Shown here one piece after another: positions 1-7,735 of a DNA stretch of 37,653 bases. Source of the DNA: Candidatus Aenigmatarchaeota archaeon. GTDB lineage: Archaea > Aenigmatarchaeota > Aenigmatarchaeia > GW2011-AR5. The stretch spans positions 1 through 37,653 of the forward strand of contig JBBSYB010000014.1 in NCBI GenBank assembly GCA_038045465.1. The letters are read 5' to 3'. The stretch's first letter is position 1; every line of letters starts with the position of its first letter. Under the pieces are notes generated by a model. The model was not told the DNA's origin, did not search any database, and saw nothing but the letters and a program-made list of their open reading frames with translations. The translations under genes and the position numbers were made by a program.

Positions 1-130
1 AGTATTTAAAGATTTTCATGTTTTTATAGGCGGTATTTATAAAGCTTCATAAAACGGGTTTGTGTAGGTTAATAAATCGTTTGGCGTTCAAGGGAGTTAA
101 TTTTTGAGCTTTATCGTCCACAATTAAGAC

Positions 131-1165
131 ATGACCCTGAAGCGTATAGCGTTATTTGCCATAGGAATTGCACTCATAATAGCTGTACTTAGTGTTTTTG
201 GCTTGCAGGAGACAATTACAGCGCTTAGCAGGACAAATCTGGAGTTGTTTGCAGCAGCCATTGGTTTGCAGCTTGTGGTTGTACTGCTTCTCATATTAAG
301 AATAAAAGTGCTTGTTCGCGGCAAGGGTTATGTGTCCTTTAGGCAGGCTGTGCGCGTAACACTGTCAGGCATGTTCGTGAGCATGATGACGCCACTAGCT
401 AAGCTAGGTGGCGAACCACTGAAGATGTATATGTTGCAGGGAAATGTGGGAGGTCACAATGCGTCAGCGGCTGTGGCTATAGAAAGTATAATGGAACTGG
501 CTTCAACGCTTTTTGTCGTGCTCGTCGTTGCCTTGTTGCTGTTCAGCCAGATACCAGCTGCTTTTGTGATGACATTTGTCATATTCCTGATTGTTGCTGG
601 CTTAGGTATTGGACTTCTACTCAAAATAATTTTCACGCCAAAGTGGCTTCACCACATAGTGAACTGGATTTCTGTGAAAATGGCAAAGATGATGGAGGTT
701 GAGAAAAAGAACTATGCTCACATGTTCTCATCGGCGTTCTATTCCATGTGGGCCAGCAAGAGAACACTTTTCGGCGCTTTCTCGCTTTCAGTTCTGATGA
801 AGCTAGTGGAAATGCTCCGGCTGTGGGTAATATTTCTTGCACTTGGAATATTTTTACCGTTCAATACTGTGGTTCTTGTTTGGACTATTATTCTTGTGGT
901 GCTCTTCATACCATGGCTTCCGGGCTCTCTTGGTCTGGCAGAGTTTGGTGGCATATCGGCGTTACTCGCTTTTGGCGTTGTTCCGTCCATGGCAGCTTCG
1001 AGCATGGTACTTGATCGTTTAGTTTCATTTTGGCTGCCACTTTTCATAGGGTTGGTTGGATTCACGGCTGCTAAAAAAAGAGGCGAATTACCTAGCTTGA
1101 GGCGGAAACACAAAGACACACATCATAAAAAAGGCTACTTAATTTTACGCGATCCGTACTACTGA
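131..1165 (+). CDS. polytopic membrane protein, UPF0104 / LPG-synthase-TM (flippase-like) family
   Basis: 344-aa ORF with about 8 hydrophobic segments. Motifs MTPLAKLGGEPLKMYML and IPWLPGSLGLAEFGG are shared with the paralog at 2917..3879. Confidence 0.6.
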   Translation: MTLKRIALFAIGIALIIAVLSVFGLQETITALSRTNLELFAAAIGLQLVVVLLLILRIKVLVRGKGYVSFRQAVRVTLSGMFVSMMTPLAKLGGEPLKMYMLQGNVGGHNASAAVAIESIMELASTLFVVLVVALLLFSQIPAAFVMTFVIFLIVAGLGIGLLLKIIFTPKWLHHIVNWISVKMAKMMEVEKKNYAHMFSSAFYSMWASKRTLFGAFSLSVLMKLVEMLRLWVIFLALGIFLPFNTVVLVWTIILVVLFIPWLPGSLGLAEFGGISALLAFGVVPSMAASSMVLDRLVSFWLPLFIGLVGFTAAKKRGELPSLRRKHKDTHHKKGYLILRDPYY

Positions 1166-1255
1166 TTTTCTAAACACGAGCTTTGCACGGATTCGATATC
1201 CGCCAAAAGATACCTTTAAGTCATTTTATAGAGGAATAAAATATAACAGGTAAGT

Positions 1256-1312
1256 CCTAAAGGCCAGTGTACCTTGAGGTGCACGTTTTAGTGCCTTTAG
1301 GGTCTGTTTTTT
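1256..1312 (+). terminator. long stem-loop followed by T6 between convergent genes
   Basis: cctaaaggc (1256-1264) pairs perfectly with gcctttagg (1293-1301). An inner stem is tgtacc/ggtgca. A tttttt run lies at 1307-1312. Confidence 0.35.
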
Positions 1313-1314
1313 AT

Positions 1315-1929
1315 TCACCACACATGATAAACCTCTTGTTCTAGTTTTATCAAGTCTATATATTCGCTATTGCTGTGCTCGAATTTCTGAAAGCATGACC
1401 ATGCAAGAATATCAGCAAACTGCAGGCCAGACCACGCATGCGAATAGCTGTGCTCTATTGTTGCTTTTATTGTAACAGATTTCTCTGTCAGGCAATTTGT
1501 GAAATACCCATTGAAATCCTCTCTCAACATTTGCTTGCCTTTAGATTTGTCTATTTTGATCAGAATATCCATGTTGTTAAGCATTATGTTTCTGGCCAGT
1601 TTGCCAGCCACATAATTGTAGAGCTTGTGTTTGTCGTTTTTCAAGAAATCGCTGAAGAGTTTCTTTTTCTCAAGAACAATGTAGAATATCTTCGCACCTT
1701 TCATTTCATTCAGTTTCTGAAGCATGTACTTTATGACAGCATCGGATGATTTATCAGCCTTTATTTCAGCAGCTTTTCTTAATTCTTTCTTGAACTTGTT
1801 TCTTCTCATGTTTTTGATGATTCTGTCTAGGTTTCTGGGCTCATCAATAAGCAATGCTGCAAGAACCATATATTTCGAACCTTTTCCACCCAAATCACCA
1901 CTCTCGTCAATATACATATACCTTAGCAT
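1315..1929 (-). CDS. DUF3800-family protein
   Basis: 204-aa ORF with N-terminal MYIDESGDLG and C-terminal GLQFADILAW, the two motifs I associate with DUF3800. Confidence 0.6.
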   Translation of the reverse strand: MLRYMYIDESGDLGGKGSKYMVLAALLIDEPRNLDRIIKNMRRNKFKKELRKAAEIKADKSSDAVIKYMLQKLNEMKGAKIFYIVLEKKKLFSDFLKNDKHKLYNYVAGKLARNIMLNNMDILIKIDKSKGKQMLREDFNGYFTNCLTEKSVTIKATIEHSYSHAWSGLQFADILAWSCFQKFEHSNSEYIDLIKLEQEVYHVW

Positions 1930-2097
1930 ATTGCTTAAATTCTATTGTGAGTTTTTAACATAATTAGAGATTCCTTCGAGTTACCTGAAATTGGAAAAAA
2001 CGGCTTAGCCCGTCTCATACGTCAAGCCTATATGTTTACTATTTATAAGTAACAACAAATAGGTATCTTTATATAGTACTTTAGACTACATATTTCT

Positions 2098-2847
2098 ATG
2101 AACATTGAAAACGGCGCAAAGACTCTGGAGAGAATGGGAAAAGAGGGAAATATTCAAGTACCAATTAATCTGACTACTTTTACGCTTGAAGAGATACCAG
2201 ATTTTGAAGGGATATTCGGAACAGATGCATTTAGCATTTATGTTGGTATTCCGCATCAAGGATGGATGAACGGTAGCCTGGCAAGTGAAATATTCAAAGC
2301 AGAATTAATGATTGACGGCGTGAGAGACCCGACAATAATCAAGAAACGTCATAATCTGACTCCGCAGGAGGCTGCAGTATTTTTAGAGGGGTCATATAAG
2401 GAACTGCAAATAGATCCATGGGAATTTAAGCCGAGCGATATTACAGGGGTTGCATACAAGTCATGGAGTGACTCAGATGTGGATAAAACATTTTTTGTCG
2501 AGACCCAAGAAAGAAACGGGTGTCTTACATACTCATTACAGGTAACAAACGGAAATCCGGACGGTTGGAAATTCACACCGTCTAAAGCAACGGAACAAGA
2601 CTTTGACGAGCCATTGCAAAAGGAAATACTTCGTCAGGCAACTCTACTTCATTATGAAGTTGCGCCACATACGATTACAGGGATTGTGATTATGGAGGGA
2701 AAAGTAACAAATAAAAATTATGGGCGAGTTGGCCCGATGATCATTGATGTGTATCAGGGATTTCCAATGGCAGAGACGCAGGCTCTTGGTCACGCAGAAC
2801 TTATACATGCTTATATTCATGACTCATTACAAGATTTAACCATTTAG
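2098..2847 (+). CDS. hypothetical soluble protein (249 aa), no recognisable family
   Basis: Long ORF with no TM segments. TATA-like ctttatata at 2067-2075 lies about 27 nt upstream of the ATG. Divergent from the DUF3800 gene. Confidence 0.6.
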   Translation: MNIENGAKTLERMGKEGNIQVPINLTTFTLEEIPDFEGIFGTDAFSIYVGIPHQGWMNGSLASEIFKAELMIDGVRDPTIIKKRHNLTPQEAAVFLEGSYKELQIDPWEFKPSDITGVAYKSWSDSDVDKTFFVETQERNGCLTYSLQVTNGNPDGWKFTPSKATEQDFDEPLQKEILRQATLLHYEVAPHTITGIVIMEGKVTNKNYGRVGPMIIDVYQGFPMAETQALGHAELIHAYIHDSLQDLTI

Positions 2848-2916
2848 TAATCAACCTGTCTTCAACACGTTCGTTTAGTTGTGAGATATTTATACCAAAA
2901 ATAATAACATATTATT

Positions 2917-3879
2917 ATGCTTACAAAAGTGCTTTTTGCCATAGGCGTTATTCTTATTGCACTGGTCATGTCGTTCTTTGGACTCAAGGAAGTAGTTGCT
3001 ACGATGATGACTGCTAATATCTTCCTGATTACGGTGGCTGTTCTTCTTCAGTTGCTGATACTGGCGCTGCTGGCGTTGCGCATCATTCTCATAGCAAAAA
3101 AATACGGTAAAATCGGCTTTGTCGAGGCGTTCAAGATAAGCATGGCAGGCATAGCCATAAGCTTGCTTACCCCGATAGCAAAGATAGGCGGTGAGCCTCT
3201 CAAGATATACCTGCTTCGCAAAAGATTAGGTGTATCAAAGGCAACGGCAGTCATAGCTGTTGATACCATCGCCGAGCTGGTTTCTTCACTGCTGATGATT
3301 TTTCTTGTGTTTATAATATTTGCAAAGGATGTGCCAGGAGTAATATTCTCTTCCTTCGCCATATTTCTTGTTATTGTTGCAGCTCTTTTACTGGGCTTGC
3401 TGAAATTGTTGCTAAATCCGGGGTGGATGCGCAGAATTATAAAATGGCTTGGCAGAAACATGGTGAAGTTTGCCAAGGTCAATAAAAAGGATTATGCAAA
3501 GCTTTTCTACAACGCATTTCGCTTGCTTATCAGAGACAAAAAAATCATGCTGTATGCCTTTGGCGTATCGTTTGCAACAAAGATAATTGAATTTGTCCGC
3601 ATGTGGATTGTTTTTGCTGCTATAGGCATATTCCTGCCGCCGGGTGTTGTTATAATACTTTGGTCTGTTATTCTTGTGCTCTATCTGGTGCCGTGGCTGC
3701 CTGGTTCACTTGGCTTGGTGGAGTTCTTCGGAACAGGTACGCTTATTTTCTTTGGTACAGCAAGCGGCGCTGCGGCAGGCGGACTTTTGATTGATAGATT
3801 CATATCATTTTGGTTTGTGCTAATATTTGGCCTGCTCATTGCGACTACTATGAAGCTGCCGAAGAAAGTCAGAAGATAA
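2917..3879 (+). CDS. polytopic membrane protein, UPF0104 / flippase-like family (paralog of 131..1165)
   Basis: 320-aa ORF with motifs LTPIAKIGGEPLKIYLL and VPWLPGSLGLVEFFG. TATA core tttata at 2889-2894 lies about 26 nt upstream of the ATG. Confidence 0.6.
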   Translation: MLTKVLFAIGVILIALVMSFFGLKEVVATMMTANIFLITVAVLLQLLILALLALRIILIAKKYGKIGFVEAFKISMAGIAISLLTPIAKIGGEPLKIYLLRKRLGVSKATAVIAVDTIAELVSSLLMIFLVFIIFAKDVPGVIFSSFAIFLVIVAALLLGLLKLLLNPGWMRRIIKWLGRNMVKFAKVNKKDYAKLFYNAFRLLIRDKKIMLYAFGVSFATKIIEFVRMWIVFAAIGIFLPPGVVIILWSVILVLYLVPWLPGSLGLVEFFGTGTLIFFGTASGAAAGGLLIDRFISFWFVLIFGLLIATTMKLPKKVRR

Positions 3880-3912
3880 CTTTATATTCTATGGCTATAA
3901 TTATAGTTATAG

Positions 3913-4119
3913 GTGGAAAAAATGGCAACGACAGTTCAAATAAGCGACATGACAAGGCAGAAATTAGAAACGTTAAAAGAGCAGCTCGCAGCTGGAACAT
4001 TCGACGAAGTAATATCAAAGATAGCGGACAAAGAATTGAAAGCGCCAAAATCAATGTTCGGAAAAGCAAAAATTTCCCCCTGGAAAAAAACAGACAGGAT
4101 GAAATTCCATGGCGAATAA
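3913..4119 (+). CDS. vapB: small antitoxin (VapB-like, probable RHH-type)
   Basis: 68-aa ORF overlapping the downstream PIN gene by 11 nt. Paralogous to the 6155..6361 product (shared ...FDEVI..., ...P(K/R)SMFG(K/A)AK...). Confidence 0.6.
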   Translation: MEKMATTVQISDMTRQKLETLKEQLAAGTFDEVISKIADKELKAPKSMFGKAKISPWKKTDRMKFHGE

Positions 4120-4501
4120 ATATATGCTCGACAGTTCAGCATGGGTAGAATATTTTGCCGGCACGACTATTGGCGAGAAAGTAAAAGAATTTCTAGAAAA
4201 TGAAGAGACGGCAGTGACAACATGCTTAATTTCTATAGCTGAAATTTCTGATAAATTCTCCAAAGAAAATGAAAAATTTGACAAATCACTTGCATTCGTC
4301 AAAAGTGCTTCTTCTATAGCTAATTTAACTCTGAATACTTGCTCAGAGGCCGGGAAACTGAAAGCCGAGCGCAGAAAAATAAAAAAAGAATTTGGTTTGG
4401 TGGATGCGATTACATACTTGACTGCGAAAGAGAATTCTTGTATATTAGTGGCCAAAGACGACGATTTTGAAAACATGGATAATGTTATCTTGTTAAAATA
4501 A
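4109..4501 (+). CDS. vapC: PIN-domain toxin (VapC)
   Basis: 130-aa ORF with N-terminal YMLDSSAWVEYF (first acidic PIN residue) and later ...VDAITYLTA... Overlaps the upstream antitoxin. Confidence 0.7.
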   Translation: MANKYMLDSSAWVEYFAGTTIGEKVKEFLENEETAVTTCLISIAEISDKFSKENEKFDKSLAFVKSASSIANLTLNTCSEAGKLKAERRKIKKEFGLVDAITYLTAKENSCILVAKDDDFENMDNVILLK

Positions 4502-4606
4502 TCATTTGCGCTTAAAACCGTGTCGGATAGTGATTGTTTCGTGATTTTCCTGCAGGCTGAAAAATTTAGCTATTAATCTTATATTTGTATTTCTCTAATT
4601 ACCAAC

Positions 4607-5065
4607 ATGCCAGATGACAATACGAACGTTAGTTTTGCATGGGCTGATGTCTTTGCTTGTTCTTACTGCAAACATTACGAGTGGGTTGGAACCTATGCAG
4701 CAGCTCAATACTGCCAAAATAAAGACAGCCCGTTTTATGACCATTCATCAGCCTCGAGAGGCACTGATTTGACAACCAAGCAAAAACTTACCGGCTGTGA
4801 TCGATTTGATCATAACGGAGAGAAATTTCCAGCGCCTCTTTTTGTGTATATGCCAAGCGACAGTGTGCTGCGAAAATACCCCCCTGAGCAACTAGCTATT
4901 GGATATTCCGAAGGCATGAACGTGACATCGGAAAAAACAGCGGACGATTTGTCTGCAGAACTCCAACACGCTCACGACGAACTACTAGAAATGTTTAGAA
5001 AACATGGAACGCTGAAATTTAACGAGCAGGGCAGACTAGTCCCTGCTGACGACGCACAAAAATGA
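4607..5065 (+). CDS. hypothetical protein with CxxC plus two further Cys (152 aa)
   Basis: ORF with TATA-like tcttatatt about 25 nt upstream. Contains CSYCKHYEW...YCQNK...GCDRFDH. No family recognised. Confidence 0.5.
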   Translation: MPDDNTNVSFAWADVFACSYCKHYEWVGTYAAAQYCQNKDSPFYDHSSASRGTDLTTKQKLTGCDRFDHNGEKFPAPLFVYMPSDSVLRKYPPEQLAIGYSEGMNVTSEKTADDLSAELQHAHDELLEMFRKHGTLKFNEQGRLVPADDAQK

Positions 5066-5124
5066 TTATGCAGGCTTTTGGCACAGCCCGCAGATATTTA
5101 TTAGTATCACAAACAATTAGTTCT

Positions 5125-5328
5125 ATGCTCTCACTGCTTGCTTTCGAGCGAATCGCCAAGAAATACGGTGTAAAGAGGATTTCCCGGGAGGCGCTTGAAG
5201 AGACGCGTGAGGTTATAGAGGAACTTGGCCTTGAAATGGCTGAAAAAGCAGTAAAGGCGAGCCGCTTTGCCGGTCGCAAAACTCTCATGGAAGAAGATAT
5301 CAAGTTCGTGACGGAGAAAAGGGAATAA
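5125..5328 (+). CDS. archaeal histone (HMf-type histone fold)
   Basis: MLSLLAFERIAKKYGVKRISREALEETREVIEELGLEMAEKAVKASRFAGRKTLMEEDIKF matches the archaeal histone-fold pattern (..RI.K..G..R.S..A......E.........A...A.HAGRKT....DI). An in-frame upstream ATG at 5062 would add 21 codons. Confidence 0.75.
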   Translation: MLSLLAFERIAKKYGVKRISREALEETREVIEELGLEMAEKAVKASRFAGRKTLMEEDIKFVTEKRE

Positions 5329-5370
5329 GTAAAATTTATATAGTTCTAATTTAATGGTTAGGTGATAATA

Positions 5371-5763
5371 ATGGAGAAAAGACAAACAGAAATCAAGAAT
5401 CTCAAACCGGGTTCTTACGTGCTCATAGATGATGTGCCTTTCCGCGTGGACAAGGTGCAGAAATCCAAGTCAGGCAAGCATGGCGCTTCCAAGGCACGCT
5501 TGTTTGCCAGCGGGCTTTTTGGGGATATCAAAAAAATCATAGTACATCCCGGAGACACCAAGATGGATATACCTATAATAGAGAAGAAAACAGCACAGAT
5601 TCTTTCTTTGTCAGGCGACCATGCGCAGTTGATGGACCTGGTTGACTACACGAACTATGAGGTAGTTATACCAGAAGAGTTTAAGGGACAACTAGTAGAA
5701 GGCGACGAAGTAGTAACGTGGGAATTCGGCGCCTACAGGATGATAAAAGGCAAGAAATCGTAA
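5371..5763 (+). CDS. eif5a: translation initiation factor 5A (aIF5A)
   Basis: KPGSYVLIDDVPFRVDKVQKSKSGKHGASKARLF contains the hypusine-loop motif S-G-K-H-G-x-x-K-A. TATA atttatata lies about 30 nt upstream. The ORF track starts at GTG 5362. Confidence 0.85.
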   Translation: MEKRQTEIKNLKPGSYVLIDDVPFRVDKVQKSKSGKHGASKARLFASGLFGDIKKIIVHPGDTKMDIPIIEKKTAQILSLSGDHAQLMDLVDYTNYEVVIPEEFKGQLVEGDEVVTWEFGAYRMIKGKKS

Positions 5764-5766
5764 AAA

Positions 5767-6171
5767 TTATTTTATCATTATAACATTTTTCAAATCTCTA
5801 AAGTGTTCATCACCACTTACAATCTTAATGTTCCTGATTTTTGCAACCGCCATTATTATTGCATCGGCCATACTAATTTTATTTTTGCTGAATCGCGTTC
5901 TTAGATTGCCCGCTTCCTCTGCTACCTCTGAGTCCACCGAAACTATTTCGCTTCTCAATTTTAGGAATTGAACAAATTCTGCATAGGTCTTCCCTTCACG
6001 GGTGAATTTATTGACAATCTCGGCAACTACTATTGAAGGCGTTATAAGGTTGCCTTTTTCTATAAAGTCTTTTATCCTGATACCTATATCAGAGCCTGTG
6101 AAATATTCGTACCATGCGTACGTGTCAATGACATAAGTTTTGGACGGATCTATGTCAATCTCTGTTGTCAT
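5767..6171 (-). CDS. vapC: PIN-domain toxin (VapC)
   Basis: 134-aa ORF with YVIDTYAWYEYF N-terminus and ...MADAIIMAVA...SGDEHF. Overlaps its antitoxin by 17 nt. Confidence 0.7.
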   Translation of the reverse strand: MTTEIDIDPSKTYVIDTYAWYEYFTGSDIGIRIKDFIEKGNLITPSIVVAEIVNKFTREGKTYAEFVQFLKLRSEIVSVDSEVAEEAGNLRTRFSKNKISMADAIIMAVAKIRNIKIVSGDEHFRDLKNVIMIK

Positions 6172-6361
6172 CTTGCCACATCTCTTTGCGTTCCTTTTGT
6201 GTAAGAGGTTTTAGACCCTTGGCCGCACCAAACATCGATCTCGGAATTTTTTCTGCCTTGAAAAGCGCGTCCTCTATAACATCCTCAAATGTGACACCTC
6301 TCTCGTCCTTGAGTTGCTTCAGCTTCTTCCACATTGCGTCGTCTACTGCTATCGTTTTCAT
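6155..6361 (-). CDS. vapB: small antitoxin (VapB-like), paralog of 3913..4119
   Basis: 68-aa ORF upstream of and overlapping the PIN gene. Confidence 0.6.
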   Translation of the reverse strand: MKTIAVDDAMWKKLKQLKDERGVTFEDVIEDALFKAEKIPRSMFGAAKGLKPLTQKERKEMWQDDNRD

Positions 6362-6569
6362 AATATCACCATTGTATTTTATAAATTATAATCTATAACT
6401 TATAAAGGTTTCGGTCTTTGTATTGCAGGATGATAAAGGAAAAGAAAAGCTAGAACTATATTTCCATAAGTTCTGGAAATTTATATTATATCACGGGCCT
6501 AATTCTAACCAATGGCGACGCAGAAATGCCTTAGTAACTTATTTTATTCTCGAATCCAATGCTATTCTA

Positions 6570-7139
6570 ATGAAAAGAAAACCTAGACGAAAGCAGAGAA
6601 TCTCTCAGAGAAACGAAAAGCTACTGCATTTGCTCAAGTTTTTCGTAAAATTCAACTTGTTTGCCATACCACTTTACATTATATTGCTATCAAAATTTGA
6701 GTGGGCTTGGCTGGAACAGTTTGTTGTGAGCATCGTTACGCCTATACTGCAATTACTTGGCTATAACCCTACGGTACATGATTTGCTGATTTCAATACCC
6801 ATAAAAAATGGCAGTTGGGGCGCTGTAATTAACTGGGACTGCACGGGCTGGAAAAGCATGCTTGCATTCTTTGCGCTGATAATGGCAACGGAGTTTCCTT
6901 TAAGGCGCAAGTTGGCTGGCATGGTGCTAATACCGGTTATATTTGTTATTAACCTACTCAGGATAGTTTTCATGTTCTTCTATGTGAGAACCTTTGATCT
7001 GGCAAATTACCAGACTGTTCATGCAGTCGTTTGGAGCTGGGGACTCATAGCTACAATAATCGTTTTATGGCTCCTGTGGCTCAGGTTTGACTTTACCAAG
7101 GTATTCAAGAAGAAACGAAAAAGACGCAGGCGAAGATAA
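6570..7139 (+). CDS. exosortase/archaeosortase-family intramembrane transpeptidase (short form)
   Basis: About 5 TM segments. Candidate Cys/Arg/His triad in NWDCTGWKSM, VINLLRIVFMF and QTVHAVVWSWG. The first in-frame ATG is 6570; the ORF-track start 6423 is TTG with a non-hydrophobic extension. Confidence 0.55.
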   Translation: MKRKPRRKQRISQRNEKLLHLLKFFVKFNLFAIPLYIILLSKFEWAWLEQFVVSIVTPILQLLGYNPTVHDLLISIPIKNGSWGAVINWDCTGWKSMLAFFALIMATEFPLRRKLAGMVLIPVIFVINLLRIVFMFFYVRTFDLANYQTVHAVVWSWGLIATIIVLWLLWLRFDFTKVFKKKRKRRRRR

Positions 7140-7192
7140 CTTCTTCTCAGTAGAAAAAACAATATATACCACCCACAGCAAAGTAAATAATT

Positions 7193-7726
7193 ATGGTAGA
7201 CAAGCTTACGGAGCTAGAGGGGCGCTTCGATCGCCTTGAGGAGAAGTTGAAAATCACTTTTATTGAGTTGGAAAAGCGTCTTAATCAACAACAGCCCCAG
7301 GAGCAACCACAGACAAATGTTGAGGACCACATACAGGAAGTCGAGGACCTGCTTTTGCTTCTGCAGCTGGAAAATACAAAAATGAAGGAAAAAGTAAGGG
7401 ACGGGCTTGACTTTGGAATAATACCCAATGTTCCTGATGTTTCAGAGCGCCTTACAAGGGTTGAGAGCGAGCTCGCTTCGCATGCGAGTGCTATGCCTTC
7501 CCAGACTGAGATTGAGACAAAGATAGCAACGCTTGAGGAGAGAATAAATTCACTCCAACCAACAAACTATGTAGAAACGCGGCCTGTCGAAGAGCCTGTT
7601 GAGGAATTTGCTGAGGAGCATGTTGCAGAGCATCATGGTCATAAGAAAGTCAAAACAGTCAAAGAAGTGCTTGATGAAGATTCGGATTTGCTTTCAAGCG
7701 TGCAGAAAATACTGGGGCGTGCCTAA
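7193..7726 (+). CDS. coiled-coil protein (177 aa), unknown function
   Basis: Heptad-rich, E/K/L/Q-rich ORF. Shares a module (I.NVPDVSERLTRVESEL) with the C-terminus of the next gene. TATA caatatatacc lies about 27 nt upstream. Confidence 0.6.
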   Translation: MVDKLTELEGRFDRLEEKLKITFIELEKRLNQQQPQEQPQTNVEDHIQEVEDLLLLLQLENTKMKEKVRDGLDFGIIPNVPDVSERLTRVESELASHASAMPSQTEIETKIATLEERINSLQPTNYVETRPVEEPVEEFAEEHVAEHHGHKKVKTVKEVLDEDSDLLSSVQKILGRA

Positions 7727-7735
7727 GGTGTTAAT

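Noticed and set aside
739-1119. Long antisense or alternative-frame ORFs inside strong genes. Examples are 739..1119(-), 3048..3482(-), 4051..4476(-), 7928..8383(-), 9229..9576(-), 11803..12171(-), 21181..21819(+), 26389..26751(+), 28679..29023(-), 34242..34601(-) and 35973..36353(+).
   Set aside because: Each is fully embedded opposite or out of frame to a longer ORF with recognisable family motifs or TM/coiled-coil organisation, and each has a biased low-complexity composition. I regard them as shadow ORFs.
6423-6569. TTG-initiated 49-codon N-terminal extension of the archaeosortase-family ORF.
   Set aside because: The extension is hydrophilic and unlike the family, and it overlaps the divergent promoter region. 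The first ATG (6570) is followed by a basic stretch and the first TM helix.
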